A stretch of 64,000 nt of DNA from IMG/VR virus record IMGVR_UViG_3300049794_000047, one strand, 5' to 3'. Shown here piece by piece: positions 21,086 to 33,209 of the stretch (the first letter of the stretch is position 1; each line of letters begins with the position of its first letter). The DNA comes from a virus. Its lineage: Duplodnaviria > Caudoviricetes. Position numbers and translations under genes: made by a program. Below the pieces are notes generated by a model. It was not told the origin of the DNA. It did not search any database and saw nothing but the letters and a program-made list of their open reading frames with translations.

Positions 21086-22180
21086 CTAGCGAGGCTCGAG
21101 CATGCGATCTGCAATCCCCCAGCCAATGACCGGACGAAGTGCACCGCTGGCCGTATCCTGCGCAACCCCCGCGAAGCCCCCTAGGAAGCTCATGTCAAAC
21201 TTGTCGCCGTAGTAGTCCCAGACGAACGGCACCGACGATAGTCCGGATGGGAAATCCCCCGAGTTAGGCCCATCGTATGTATCCATGGACCAGTCGCGGC
21301 GTAGCGCCAGCGTGTTCGGCTCGGTGTTCGCGCGTGTCTCGTAACTGGGCAGGTACGGAAACAGGACGTTGATCCAGCCGGTGACGAACGGGCCGCCGGA
21401 GCCGCCCTCGGGCTTGTAGAGCTTCTGCCAGAACTTGGGGTCGGCATCGCCGGCGCCGGCGCGGACGAAATGGTCGAGCACGTTCGACACTGCGCCGATC
21501 CAGTCTGACGCGTCGAACTCGCCCAGCGCCTGCGCGCGGTGTCTGATGTCGCTCCAGTCGTCGCGAGTCCCCAGGAGCGTGATCTCCGGGATGCCGCAGC
21601 ACGTGCGGACCTCATACGCGAAGTAGGCCTTCATGGCGTCCATGAGGACGATCTCGGAGGCCGCCCGCGACGCTGGACTCGTGGTTGAGAAGTCAGCGAC
21701 GATCATCCGGCGACGGGCATCACCGACGTGCTTGCCGATCTGCGCGGAGAACTCGGCGAACACGCCCGGCCAGTCGTTGTCGGTGCGGCCCTTGACGAAG
21801 CCGTCGCGCCGGATCGAGAGGAGCTTTTGGCCCGCGTGAGGGACGAACCTGCCGCGAAGTTGGTCCGCGTGCGCGTTGACGTGGCTCGCGAAGCCCTGGA
21901 CGAGGGCGAGCCACACGTCGTCAGGCGAGAGCACGAGCGGAAAGTGTTCGCCGTACGCCGCGTGGACTGCACGGAGCAGTCCGTTCGCCAGCTTGCCGGG
22001 GCGGCGATGATGAGGGGGTCCACGATCGTCGATGAGATCACCGTCGATGTTCGTGCCGAGTGCCTCGACGGTGACACCGGATGAGTCCCGGAGCGACTGG
22101 GCCGCGGAGACGCGCTCGAACTGGCTCGGGCTGCCGCGCTGAACGTTGGGAGAGACGGGAAAGGTGACACTGTTCTGCAT
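21086..22180 (-). CDS. DUF4419-family protein
   Basis: AYGEHFPLVLSPDDVWL, DFSTT, MDAMKAYF.Y..CGIPEITLLGTRDDW and TGWINVLFPY. Confidence 0.8.
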   Translation of the reverse strand: MQNSVTFPVSPNVQRGSPSQFERVSAAQSLRDSSGVTVEALGTNIDGDLIDDRGPPHHRRPGKLANGLLRAVHAAYGEHFPLVLSPDDVWLALVQGFASHVNAHADQLRGRFVPHAGQKLLSIRRDGFVKGRTDNDWPGVFAEFSAQIGKHVGDARRRMIVADFSTTSPASRAASEIVLMDAMKAYFAYEVRTCCGIPEITLLGTRDDWSDIRHRAQALGEFDASDWIGAVSNVLDHFVRAGAGDADPKFWQKLYKPEGGSGGPFVTGWINVLFPYLPSYETRANTEPNTLALRRDWSMDTYDGPNSGDFPSGLSSVPFVWDYYGDKFDMSFLGGFAGVAQDTASGALRPVIGWGIADRMLEPR

Positions 22181-22223
22181 AGGGATCCTGGGGCTGAAGG
22201 TAATGGCACTTTGCTTTTAAGGA

Positions 22224-22982
22224 TTAGTGTGTGGCGTACGCCGCCGTGAGTTGTTCCTGTAGGTCGAGGACCATTGCACGAAGGCCGTCGCACTTTTTCT
22301 CGAACTTCTCCAACTCAGACGCCTGGAGGACAAGTTCAGTCCCGAGCCTATCACGTTCTTCTTCGAGCGCGACGAAGCGTGCTCGGAGTTCGTCGACCGG
22401 GACATCGTCGCCTAGGTCGCCGTGCTGGTGAGGGGCGCTTGCCTGGACGGACGCTGTGGACGCCGTGCAGTGTTCATTGACCAGAGCGCTGACATGCTGG
22501 TGAGGCGCGCTTGCCTGGACGGACGTTGCGGACGTTGCGGACGTTGCGGACGTTGCGGACGTTGCGGACGTTGCGGACGTTGCGGACGTTGCGGACGTTG
22601 CGGACGTTGCGGACGTTGCGGACGTTGCGGACGTTGCGGACATTGCGGACGATACGCAGTGTTCGTCGACCGGAGCGCTGGCGCCTAAATTATCGTGCTG
22701 GTGAGGGGAGGCCTTCGCGGACGGCACGCAGTGTTCGGCGAACTTCCGCGCGGCTGCGAGGACCGAGGGCTCCGTCAGGCGCGGGGGTGCTGGCATCATC
22801 ACAAGCTTTCGCACAGCCTCGATGCATCCTTCACAGAGTTGCAACTTCTGGCTACGGTGACGAAGCATGAAGATGAAAGTGCGCACATTGGTTTGCGGCG
22901 CAGCGATCGCACCAGCTCCATCTTGACACACGGCACACGGGTCATCAGAAAAGAGGCTCTCACAGTGAATGTCGGGTTTCAT
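22224..22982 (-). CDS. Cys-pair/coiled-coil protein with (SAT)n tract
   Basis: In-frame 9-bp repeat. Confidence 0.6.
   Translation of the reverse strand: MKPDIHCESLFSDDPCAVCQDGAGAIAAPQTNVRTFIFMLRHRSQKLQLCEGCIEAVRKLVMMPAPPRLTEPSVLAAARKFAEHCVPSAKASPHQHDNLGASAPVDEHCVSSAMSATSATSATSATSATSATSATSATSATSATSATSATSATSVQASAPHQHVSALVNEHCTASTASVQASAPHQHGDLGDDVPVDELRARFVALEEERDRLGTELVLQASELEKFEKKCDGLRAMVLDLQEQLTAAYATH
22520..22650. repeat. 9-bp tandem repeat (CGGACGTTG)n, about 14 units
   Basis: Directly visible; in frame. Confidence 0.95.
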
Positions 22983-23050
22983 GGGGTCCTCGTATGTCCA
23001 CGTCTAGGTTTTGTAACGAAGTTTCATAGGCGCTCCTGGCTCCTGGAAAC

Positions 23051-24919
23051 CTAACGCCGCTTTCTGCGCGGACGCGCCTTCGGCTTCTTCGTCTTGGCTT
23101 GCCGGGGCTTGACCTCCTTCGCCACGGCTTCAAACGCCTTGGCTTGCTGGGGCTTGACCCTCTTCGTCACCGCCTCAAACGCCTCATCGAGCGTGGCAGG
23201 CTCCGATGCCTCGCACTCGTGGGCCTTCCCCGCGGCCTCCGCGATCCGCAGTACCGAGCGCGCGAAGCGCATGCTCTCGCCCCACTCGGGGTACTGCGGG
23301 CCCGACGACACGGAGGGCCTGAGCACGACCCCGAGGCCGCCCAGTACGTGCCGCACCGCGGACAACTCGGCGACCGCGTCCAGTAGCGCCGCTGGTGCCT
23401 CGACCTTGTCGGCAATCAGCATTGAGAAGTGCTCTGACACACCGATGACGCCGGGTATCGAGTCGTGGAACACCCACGCGCCTGGCATCCTGAAGTCCTG
23501 ATTCGCGTGGTACAGGATCTTGAAGTCGCCGAAGAATGGATGCTCCTTCTTCCGAAGCTCCTTAGTTTCCCATTCGTTTTGCTCTGCTTTGCGCTTGACC
23601 TCGATGGCCGCGCGCTCTTCGGGAGGCAGTGCCGTGATCCGCGCCTCTTCCTTCGCCGCATTTCCTCGACACGCTTTGTCGAGCTTGACATCCACGCGCG
23701 CGTCCTTATTGGCGCCCTTCCTGTCCGAGAACTCCTCGAGCGCGGCTTTCCACGTTGCCCGCGTGCCCTCCTTGTACGCCTCGAGCCCGTACCAGACGTA
23801 TTCACTCCACTCACGCTGCTCGACCCTGTGAGGCACACCCGCGGGAAACACAGGTCCGTGAGTGTATTTTGCACCCTTCGCATGCTTCTTGTACGGGGTG
23901 CCGTTGATCGACGTGGTCGGGCAACTTCGATCCTCCTTGTGGTAGCACGGCGACTGACCGCACACGACGCAGTCGTGTGCGAGGTAATCGCCGTGCGGGT
24001 ACGCGATGAGCGCCTGCCACACGTCCTCACGGATCATCGCCAAGCCGACACGGAGGACTTTGTTACCATCCGCCGGCTGACCGGGCGCCATGTCCCATTG
24101 CGGGCCTACGATGTGCTCGTCTGTCGACGCGGGCAACGGGAACACCAGGAGGTCGGCGCTATCCGCATAGCGCCCAGAGCCCGCCGTGATGACTCCCGTG
24201 AGCTTGGTCAGCATCGGTAGGCCCCTGGGGCCAAGCTTCCGACCCTCGTCGGCCTCGACGGTTCCACCCTCGGTACTGGGGCCAACGAGCACACCCTCGG
24301 CACTGGGGCCAAGCGCATAACCCTCGACGACCCTACGCGCAATCTCCAGCGCGGCCAGGCACTCCTCACCGTGCTGGTATGCACCGAACCTGACACGCAC
24401 CATATGTGGGACAGGCTCGTCGACGACGTACTTGTCATGCTCCGCGTGCCGCGACACGGAGCCAGGGAACTGGGACTCGAGCAACTGCTCGACGCGCCGC
24501 ATGAGTGGCGGGATGTAGGCCTTGTCGCTGCCCGGTCCGCGCCGCGGACTCCTCCAGAAATGCTTCGCATCCTGCGATACCTGGAGGCGCCGCGCCTGGA
24601 TCGCCGCCATCATGTCGTTGAACGACATGTCGATCGCGACCGGCACGTCGTGGCACGAGTTGTCGCCGAGTCCCTTTTCGACGACGTCCTCGCGGAGGCC
24701 GCGAAGCCACAGCTTCGCGATGAACGCGTCCTCCTTGTGGACATCCTCGATCGAGCCGTAGTCGTTGTACACGGCGCGGAGCGGCGGCGTCCGCACGATC
24801 CAGGTCTTGCGTGGGTCATCGTCCCCGTAGGGGGACGCGGTAAGGAGCAGGCAGCGCACCGGCGTACCTGCACTGATGCCGAGCCCGGAGATGCTGCAGA
24901 TCATAGAAAAAGAGTCCAT
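23051..24919 (-). CDS. large phage-type hypothetical protein
   Basis: 622 aa; AAGGA RBS; CSISGLGI..YNDYGSIE N-terminus. Confidence 0.75.
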   Translation of the reverse strand: MDSFSMICSISGLGISAGTPVRCLLLTASPYGDDDPRKTWIVRTPPLRAVYNDYGSIEDVHKEDAFIAKLWLRGLREDVVEKGLGDNSCHDVPVAIDMSFNDMMAAIQARRLQVSQDAKHFWRSPRRGPGSDKAYIPPLMRRVEQLLESQFPGSVSRHAEHDKYVVDEPVPHMVRVRFGAYQHGEECLAALEIARRVVEGYALGPSAEGVLVGPSTEGGTVEADEGRKLGPRGLPMLTKLTGVITAGSGRYADSADLLVFPLPASTDEHIVGPQWDMAPGQPADGNKVLRVGLAMIREDVWQALIAYPHGDYLAHDCVVCGQSPCYHKEDRSCPTTSINGTPYKKHAKGAKYTHGPVFPAGVPHRVEQREWSEYVWYGLEAYKEGTRATWKAALEEFSDRKGANKDARVDVKLDKACRGNAAKEEARITALPPEERAAIEVKRKAEQNEWETKELRKKEHPFFGDFKILYHANQDFRMPGAWVFHDSIPGVIGVSEHFSMLIADKVEAPAALLDAVAELSAVRHVLGGLGVVLRPSVSSGPQYPEWGESMRFARSVLRIAEAAGKAHECEASEPATLDEAFEAVTKRVKPQQAKAFEAVAKEVKPRQAKTKKPKARPRRKRR

Positions 24920-25292
24920 GACGATTCCTTTGCGCTTTATCGAGAGCTTGGCGACTTGTGCTCGGCTCGACGGTTCAGTTCTTCAATGATCCGGTCGGTA
25001 GACATTGCAACATCGTCCTCGGCGACCTCCCCGCTTTGATCGAGGTAGCGGTCACAATCCTCCGTGAGCGGCGAGCCGTCCATGCACGTGTCCTGCAGGT
25101 CGCGCACCATCACGTCGGTCAGTGTGTGCAGCGTGAGGGGCCGCCATCCATGCTCACGCTTCGCAGGTTGAGCACCATTGTGTTGGTCAGCGTGTGCAGC
25201 GTGGGAGGCGCGGGGGCCAGGTCTCGCACCAATCGTGTTGGTCAGCGTGTGCAGCGTGAGGGCTGAGGCGCTACCGCGGCGTTGGAGCTTGG

Positions 25293-26114
25293 TCACGATT
25301 GTCGTCCCTTGTAGATCGCGTCCCCCTCGACCTCGCAACCGAACAGCTTCCCGGCGCAGTCCCGGCCGACCCAGAGCGAATAGGGGGTCAACTTCTCGTT
25401 GTTCCCGTACGCGAGGATCGGCACCCAGTTGAACAGGTCCTGGATCGCATGACCGCAGGCCTGGCACTGCTTGTGGTTACCGCTGTGGAAGAAGCGGGAC
25501 TTGTTGTGCTGCGTGTCCTCGGGCCAATCGATGATGATCTCGTACACGGAGCACTTCTCGCCCTTGTAGATGAATTCGATCCACTCACCGTGCATCGGCG
25601 GTGACTGGATCGTCGAGACATTGATACCGATATGGGCGCTGAGGGTCTTGGCCACCGTCGGTGACAGCGTCTTCATCACGACGACGGATCGGGGGCGGCG
25701 GGTATCGAGCAGAGCAACCAACTCAGCGACTGGCGTGAATGCTTCCGCCCACCGAAGCGCATCCTGCGCGTACGGTTTCTCTGCATCGCTGAACTTTAGA
25801 GTCGTGCGAAGCGCGTGCAGCAATCGCGGGGCGTGCTCAAACGCCCCGAACAGCAGGCTTGATTCCGCCTCGCAGAGGGGATGATCGTGGCGCAGGTGGA
25901 ACGAGCCGAACAAATGTTCACCGAACTCCTTTTCGACCTTACGTGCCCACTTCGCAGCGACGTTCTGCTTGTTGAGCGTCGCCCGCACGGTACGTGAAAC
26001 GCCCTTCTTCCAGTACCCAAGTTGCTCGGACTCGACCAGCGCCGGGATGGTGAAGGAGACGAGGGTGTCGCGCGCCTTGCCGCTGAACCACTCCAGAATG
26101 TTCTCGAAGCGCAT
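25293..26114 (-). CDS. hypothetical protein with C-terminal Zn motif
   Basis: CQACGH..VGRDCA; RBS before MRFENIL. Confidence 0.65.
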   Translation of the reverse strand: MRFENILEWFSGKARDTLVSFTIPALVESEQLGYWKKGVSRTVRATLNKQNVAAKWARKVEKEFGEHLFGSFHLRHDHPLCEAESSLLFGAFEHAPRLLHALRTTLKFSDAEKPYAQDALRWAEAFTPVAELVALLDTRRPRSVVVMKTLSPTVAKTLSAHIGINVSTIQSPPMHGEWIEFIYKGEKCSVYEIIIDWPEDTQHNKSRFFHSGNHKQCQACGHAIQDLFNWVPILAYGNNEKLTPYSLWVGRDCAGKLFGCEVEGDAIYKGRQS

Positions 26115-26386
26115 GCTCTCTTTCCTTTGCGAGACACACGCCAAGTGACAAGGCTCGCAAAGCCGTGATCCAGCACGGCTGGGCACAGGTTTACCCGTGT
26201 CGCTGCGTTGACTGAGTATCGATATACCCGGATAAAACTGCACCAGTTTGTACAACGTGCACCGTCAGGGTAGCCCTTCGCAAGCAGCACGTGGCAGATC
26301 AGTGCCTTGGAGCAAAAACCGTCGCTGGTTGTCCCGTCCCTCCAGCGCTAGACGCTGATCGGATCAGTCAACACCCGCGCGTTGTC

Positions 26387-26656
26387 TCAAGCTTGCCGAG
26401 CCCGGGCGCGGTCCATGTACGCCCTGGAATCCTGAAGGCTCAACCCCGTGCGCTCGCGGATCGACTTGATCACTGACAGCAAATTGGGGTTGGGACGGTC
26501 GAGGTCGGCACGCTCCTCGTCGGTCAGCGTGCCGTCGTTTCCGCACTGCCGTAGCTTGCTCTCGAGGTGCTTCTTGGCCTCATCGCGCAGGGCTGAGAGC
26601 TGTGCCACGGTCAGAGTCGGGAGCATCCCGAGAATGGCTGTCAGGTTGTCGGGCAT
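26387..26656 (-). CDS. ribosomal L7/L12 C-terminal-like small protein
   Basis: IKSIRERTGLSLQDSRAYMD resembles IKxVRExTGLGLKEAK. Confidence 0.5.
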   Translation of the reverse strand: MPDNLTAILGMLPTLTVAQLSALRDEAKKHLESKLRQCGNDGTLTDEERADLDRPNPNLLSVIKSIRERTGLSLQDSRAYMDRARARQA

Positions 26657-26980
26657 ATGTCTTCTCTACTGCGAATCGTGCGCCAAGCTGCAAGGAATGT
26701 AAAGCCGTGAATTGACAGCGCCGAGCACAGATCTACCCGTGTCACGCCGTTGACTGTGGGGCGTTTCACACGCACGCCCACAACGAAGACCCTAACGTGG
26801 CGCCGGGCTGGAGCAAGTCGGCATGGCGCCCAAGCAGCATGTACAAAGAGGCAACGGACGCATCTGACGACTAGCCGCCGGGCCTCTTTGATACAATGTC
26901 AAGGCAGACCTGCGAGCGCCACGATCCCCACACCCGCGGGACGTCCTTGCCTCGCTCGGCTCTGGTGTGCAGGCAGTGTT

Positions 26981-27463
26981 TCATTGAACACCACCAAGTC
27001 GTATTGCCTCGGCTTCGGAAAACGCGGACTCGTGTCCATCAATCTCATGTCGGAGATGGTCGATAGCGCGCTGAGTGCGATCAAGCTGATTGAGCAGTTC
27101 AAGCACTACGAGCGGATGCGCAGCGATGATGTAGTCGAGGACGTTGGGCGCGGCGTGCAAATCGGGATGACCGTCCGATCGCTGTTTCACTGTGCATAGA
27201 ACGTCGCCATCGCCTCGATCGGTGCCGATACGACGAAACGAATTAGATGTCTGAATATTCCACGGACGGCGCAGTGCGCCCTTGGTGACGAGGAGGGCAA
27301 GTTCGCGGAGCTTGCGAGATTGTTTGATAGTCATCTTGTCAGCTTTCTTTGTAAGGGTCAGTAAAACCCTGATGTCAACGGCAGGGTGAGGCTTCAGCTC
27401 GGTTGTCTGGGCGGCCGTTTTCGTCGGCCCGACACCATTTTCCGCCGCTGAAGCAGTAGCCAT
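26981..27463 (-). CDS. Ead/Ea22-like phage protein
   Basis: PW..YIIAAHPLVVLELL motif. Confidence 0.5.
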   Translation of the reverse strand: MATASAAENGVGPTKTAAQTTELKPHPAVDIRVLLTLTKKADKMTIKQSRKLRELALLVTKGALRRPWNIQTSNSFRRIGTDRGDGDVLCTVKQRSDGHPDLHAAPNVLDYIIAAHPLVVLELLNQLDRTQRAIDHLRHEIDGHESAFSEAEAIRLGGVQ

Positions 27464-28000
27464 GGGACTTCAGCCATGCGCGTTGCTCTGGTGTCGCGCT
27501 TCCTCCAAGGCGCACGATCCAGCCATAGACATGCGGCGCGTGCGGAGGATTACCGCTGAACAGTTTGCGATGGAAGCTGTTCATGCCAATGGGGCACCGC
27601 ACACGAAGATCGATCCACGCGAGCGTCCACGGTGTTTGCCGTGAGGTCAGTTCAATCGGGACGCGACTGCCGAGGGCGTCGAGCCATAGGCGCTCTTGCG
27701 TTGACTGCTCCGTGCCGATTATCTGGACTTTGGCACCATCGGTCAGCCTAACCACGAACCGCGCGACGTTGTCCCCGTGCCGTCGCAACTTGCCGAGTGC
27801 GACGACCTGTCCGCGCGAGAATGTGTGCCGTGGACCGCCTGGCCAGGGCGTGAACGATGGCAGCTCGATGTGTGAGACCCCATAACCGCGGGGTGGTTGG
27901 CTAACGATGAGTGTTGTGCCGATCACTCTTCTTCTCCATGCTGTGTAGGGCGGCTTATGGGCGACGCGACGCGGCCCGCTTGCTTCCAGTGAACACGCAC

Positions 28001-28450
28001 CTAGGCGTTATCGTCGTCGTCCGAAGCGTCTTGGTTGTCCGGGTGGTCACCGTGCGTACCGTCGATCCACATGTCGACATCGAGTGCGGGTACATGAATC
28101 TTGACGGTGATCCACACGTGATCTTCATCGTCTATCTCCGCGACCGGCGGGTCGTCGACCTTATGCTCCAACTCGAAGTGTTTCTCACTGAGCCACACGG
28201 CTTCGAGCACCTCGGCGGCGGCGAGGGCGCGATCCGGATCGCATTTCTTCGGATCGGGATTCTTCGCAGCATCGAGCCATATCTTGATGGCCTCGTTGAG
28301 ATCACGGGGCGAGGCGCGCTCGGTGAGAAAACGGGCCGCCGTCAGTCGGAGATGCTTCGCGGCCTCGCGTGCCGGCGACTCGACGTAGTACGGCACGGCC
28401 GCATCTCCCGTGGTGGAGCGCCCCGCGTTGCCTTGGACTTTGCGCGTCAT
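28001..28450 (-). CDS. hypothetical protein
   Basis: 149 aa; AGAGG RBS. Confidence 0.55.
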   Translation of the reverse strand: MTRKVQGNAGRSTTGDAAVPYYVESPAREAAKHLRLTAARFLTERASPRDLNEAIKIWLDAAKNPDPKKCDPDRALAAAEVLEAVWLSEKHFELEHKVDDPPVAEIDDEDHVWITVKIHVPALDVDMWIDGTHGDHPDNQDASDDDDNA

Positions 28451-30089
28451 TTATTGGTCCTCTGTGTCTTACGAGACACTCGGTCGGCACGGCTCAGCAG
28501 CGTCTTACGAGACACTCGGTCGGCACGGCTCAGCAGCGTCTTGACGATCCACGCGCTCAGGCTCGCGCATCCTTCGATCTTAGCGATGACCTCCCACTGC
28601 TCACACTCGGCGGCGGTCGCCCGGAACGTGACAGGCCTGCCCGCCACGTCAGCGCGAGGCTTGCGGCTCAAGAAGTCACCTTGCGGTAGTCCGGGCAGTA
28701 GGCTCGGCTGTTCGTCAGCGAGCACGGCCAGCTCGGAACGGGCTTCTCATGGTGACCGGCCTTGTGGTCCAGGCGCTCCTCCGCGACGACCTGTGCGGTG
28801 AGTCGCGGAGCCAGCGCGTCGGCATGGGATTTGAGATAGCGGAGCCACGTGTGGGCGAAGGGAGCGGCGCCAGGCATACCGCGCACATTGCCGTTGCGCG
28901 CCGGGTCGCTGGTATCGAGGTAACAGAGGACGTGACGACGGAGCTGCTCGAGTGCGGCAACGGCCTCGGCGGCGCGCTGCTTGTACTTACGGAGGTCTCC
29001 TAATACGTCGAGCGATCCCGTTCCGTCGCACAGCGAGCACTGGCAAGTCACGCCGCCAAGCCCGTCACTCCATTCCACCTGGTCGTACACGGTGCCCTTA
29101 CCGCGGCAGTCGGGACATTCGGTCTTGCTCATGTTCGTCATGTCTTTAACTCTAGCCATTCGTACGACGTTGGGCAAGCACAGCCGTACGACGAATCGGC
29201 GGACCGCTAAATCGGAGGCCTTTCTCACGGTTGATTGAGGGATCAATTGAGGGATCATCTTCCGATGAGCGCGGGACAGCCCCCCCCATCGAAGGTCTCT
29301 CTCACGGTTGATCGAGGGATCATCTCTCGATGAGCGCTCGATGGTCACTCCGTGTCAAGAGGTACCCGCCCTGACCGTACGGAAGTTCAGCACTTACCGG
29401 AACGCTGCCGGGACGGAGCAGACCGCGAGTGGCTAGGCCTCGACAGGCGCTGTGCCCCGCACTGCCCTTTGGTACGACGAGACTCGGCGGAACGAACCAG
29501 CGACGTGCCGTCGCACGAACGTCGGGAGACCAGGGTCATATTTTTCGGGCAGTTGCCGATCTTCACCCAGACGCGTGCTCGAGTGCCTAGACGTTTTTCG
29601 CCGCGAGCAGTCCTTGTCACGCATCAATCCCTCCTCCGGCGGGCGCTTGAACCGAACGGCACGGTAGCGTTGAACACGTCGATCTCCATGTCGGCGTACC
29701 TGACCTCATCCTCTTTGTACGCTACCTCCACGAGCGCACGCTCCGTTCTCGACAACTCACCACCGGACTTTGATTTGCAGCGCAACTGGAACACCTTGCA
29801 CCACTCCGCGTCCGTCAGCTTTCGAGGCTTCGCCATCAGTAGCCGATCCAGCGTCGCTGTCGCTCCGCATCCACAAGGTCCATGGCTTCGAGCCACGTGC
29901 TTGCGGCTCCCTCGATGCGATCGCGCGCGAACGTGACCGCGATATGGCGCCGGGGGCCGGCATTGACGTGCTCGATCCACTGGATCGCGCTCCGATTCGG
30001 CCAGCGCTCGTCGCACATCCCCTGAACGCGCACCATCGTTTGCGGCTCGCCCTCGACCCGGTGTGCGGCGATTGCCTGTTGACGTTTCG

Positions 30090-32171
30090 TCATTCTTCCC
30101 CTTGGGCCGTTAGGGTGCTGGTCCCGAGGCCGTGCTCTTTGCGCAGACGCACGAACGCGCGCTTGCAGAGCGCAATGGTGATCCGCAGCTCCAGGTGACG
30201 CCACGGGTTGTCGAGGCGCCAGTCCTGGGGGTCGACACGGTCAAGGATGCTGTTGCCGGTGTACGGCTCGGACGTCGACCAGCACCGGAGGGGCCACGGC
30301 AGCTTTCCCTCGGGGATGCCGCAGAGCAGCGCGAGTGCTCGCGGGTTGCCCGGCTGAATGACGGTGAAGACCGAGGCGCGTCGGGAGGGATCCTTCCCGC
30401 ACATGACGCCTCGACGATCGTCGTCCCATTGTCCGATCTCGACACCTTTGTTCTGGAAGCGGTCCCCGGGGAACGCGTGTCGCCAGTCCTTGGCGGTTCG
30501 CTGCTGGAGGATGTTTTCCTCGCTCCACACCGGCGCGTCGTGGAGCGGAAAGCCGTGCTCGACGGTGTGCTGCCAGCGCATCACTGGGGCCACCAGTTCT
30601 CCGCGTGCAACGGCGCCCCAGAGGAACGGCATGTTTCGCGCGATGCGTGCCCGGTACCAGCGCAGCACGAGCGCGTGCTTCTCCGCGAACTCGGAAACAG
30701 CAAATTTTTGGACAGCCTGCATCATATTCACGCGTGCCGACCAGACACGATTACGCTCGATTTGCGTTCGGGTCCCGAAGCAGGTCGGGTCGACTGCGTG
30801 GGGGACGAGCGCGGTCTTTCGATGGTCCGGGCCCCACCCGATGACGTTCGGCTGTCGGCGCTCCGGAGGCAGGTTGCTCGCGATGACCTCGCTAGGGAGC
30901 AGCCTCGATGCCTGTTTGCCCACCTCGAGCGCCCTCCGCGCGCCGAGCACGTTCAGGAGGATCTCGGGAACACGATGACGGTAGCGCTCCTCCATCCAGG
31001 CGTTGTGCCCGACGGGCTCTCGGTTGTCGGCTGCCTCGCGCGTGGTGGTTTCCGGCGTGAGCTTGGGCAGAACCAGCGGTCTGTATTGATCCGTCACTAC
31101 GAGGGCGTGCGCTGATCCAAGGAGCGCTTGCGGCTCTATGATCATTTCTCCCGTGTAGGACAACTCCGCAGTCTTGAAGTCGCCGCCGTACTTCTCGGTG
31201 ATAAGCTCAAAGAGCAGCGTGAGCCAGATGAACTCGGGCGGTTCGAGCTTCGAGACCTCGTCGACCGCGATCGCCCTGGCGTCCTTTGCGACGAGGGCCC
31301 TCTTGTTCTTGGCCCGTTTGATCGGATCTTCGTCGAGCAGTCGGTACGGAAACCAGTGACAGCGCGCGCGGGCGTCGAGTTGTCGCTCGGGCCGCCGCGT
31401 CATGTTGTGGTACTCGGGGTGAACACCTTCCTCGTAGTCGGTCAGGACCGTGATGTTCGCGCCGTTCCGCAGGCCGAGGACAAAGAAGGACTTGAAGCCG
31501 CCACGTTCGTCGCTCGAGTCCCGGACGAGCGCGAGCGTGATGCCTGAGATCCACTGCTTGTGCAGAGCGGCCACGAACGAGTTGATATTCGTGAACTCGA
31601 AGATCTCGCGGTTGTACTGGAGGGGTTTCGGATCCGGCTTGCCCTGCGTGAATTGGTGGACGTCCAACTTCTCGCAACTCCGTGCCGCGGCCAGCCTCAG
31701 CTCGCCCAGTGCTCGATCGTCGGCCAGGTGCTTCGTGAGCTTCCCGAGATCGTAGCCGTAATGGACGGCCGCGGCACGGACCGACTCCCTGAACTCGACG
31801 ACCGTTTCCTCGCAGACCGGGCTCGTGATCAACGCGTGAAACGCGCGCATCTTCGAGAGGGTCGACTCGATCTTCTCGGGTTCGTACAGCATTGCGTGGA
31901 TCTTGAACACGCGCTCCTGTACGTAGGCCTCGAATAAGCCGCGGAGGAGCAGGAGCGCCGTCGTCCCGGACATGTCGAGCGTGCGGGCCTCGTTCAGATC
32001 ATCGATGTACTTCTTGAGGCCGTAGTCCTGGAACTCAGAGTTGCTTCCGAGCGTGAACGTGTATGAGTTCGTCCCGAGCCTGGTACCCGTCAGCTCCGCC
32101 CATTGTGGGATCGCATCGTTGAGGATCTTGTTCAGCGCGTCGGACATCGACATAACACCCTTGGAGCTCAT
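30090..32171 (-). CDS. large hypothetical protein
   Basis: About 690-aa ORF; start uncertain. Confidence 0.75.
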   Translation of the reverse strand: MSSKGVMSMSDALNKILNDAIPQWAELTGTRLGTNSYTFTLGSNSEFQDYGLKKYIDDLNEARTLDMSGTTALLLLRGLFEAYVQERVFKIHAMLYEPEKIESTLSKMRAFHALITSPVCEETVVEFRESVRAAAVHYGYDLGKLTKHLADDRALGELRLAAARSCEKLDVHQFTQGKPDPKPLQYNREIFEFTNINSFVAALHKQWISGITLALVRDSSDERGGFKSFFVLGLRNGANITVLTDYEEGVHPEYHNMTRRPERQLDARARCHWFPYRLLDEDPIKRAKNKRALVAKDARAIAVDEVSKLEPPEFIWLTLLFELITEKYGGDFKTAELSYTGEMIIEPQALLGSAHALVVTDQYRPLVLPKLTPETTTREAADNREPVGHNAWMEERYRHRVPEILLNVLGARRALEVGKQASRLLPSEVIASNLPPERRQPNVIGWGPDHRKTALVPHAVDPTCFGTRTQIERNRVWSARVNMMQAVQKFAVSEFAEKHALVLRWYRARIARNMPFLWGAVARGELVAPVMRWQHTVEHGFPLHDAPVWSEENILQQRTAKDWRHAFPGDRFQNKGVEIGQWDDDRRGVMCGKDPSRRASVFTVIQPGNPRALALLCGIPEGKLPWPLRCWSTSEPYTGNSILDRVDPQDWRLDNPWRHLELRITIALCKRAFVRLRKEHGLGTSTLTAQGEE

Positions 32172-33209
32172 ATATGCCGCCTGGGCGGTGCTCCCCTGTG
32201 GGCCGCGGCGTAGGCCGACGTGACCGAGGCGAAACGGCAAACATCGCAACTCAGAGGGCACTGCGTGGTGCTCACCGTGACTGTCTCGCGGATCACGGAC
32301 GGATCACCGGCGGATTGTCCTCGGCGGTGATCCCAGCAGCCGCGCTCTCTGCTTGTGATCTCGGCAGAAATGCGTCACCGCAGCTGCCGATCGCGCGGCC
32401 GTCCGTCGTCCTACCGCTGATCGAGATTCGGTCCCCACACACGGGACACAGGTGTCTGCTCCTCTTCTTTTTGCCCGTGCTCATAGGAAACCTTCCCGGA
32501 GCGGTGGGAGCCCCGCCGCCTCGCGCGTGTCGGCGTTCGCGAAGGCACTTTCCCATGTCGGTCCTTCACCGATGAGCAGAGGGGCGCTTAGACGATGTTC
32601 GGCGTTTTTCCAGAGTTGGTACCCGACCATACAGCGGTTGGTGTGCTTCTTGGAGCGGAGACAGACCTGTGCGGAGGATCCGAACTCGCCGCGCGATGAC
32701 CAGCGTCGAGCAGCCTCCACACGTGCTTGTGTTTTTGTCATCATCTGCCTCCACGGCGTGGAATCGTTTCCGTAGCACAGTCGCACTGCAGCAGTAGTGC
32801 GTCAAGCACGCACTCGTCCAGCTTTGAGGATGCCGTGACGTTGGGCATTGGGACAGCCGTGAACTTGACGGTGTGTTGATCACTACACTCTGCGCCCATG
32901 CGGGATGGCGCAAGATTCGATACGTCGATGTCCATCTCGGACAGGTGGCCCTGGGGCCAGATCCACACCCGTATCCGCTTGCCATCCGGCGCCCAGGCCC
33001 ATTCGGCGCGAGGGAGCGTGACGGGGAAGGTCACTGGAGCTCCCGGAGAATCGCGGCGCACGCCGCTGAACACGCATGCTTATTGCTGACGCGGCGCCAG
33101 GGCGGACTGATGTCGCGGACGAACTCCGCTACGGTCATGTTCGGCAGCGACGAGTTGTTGGTCTCGGCGCAGTCCGGATTATCACAGGAAATTTGCAGCC
33201 AACGTTCAA

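Noticed and set aside
4997-22650. Short tandem arrays as CRISPR or iterons
   Set aside because: No spacers, and no adjacent rep or cas gene
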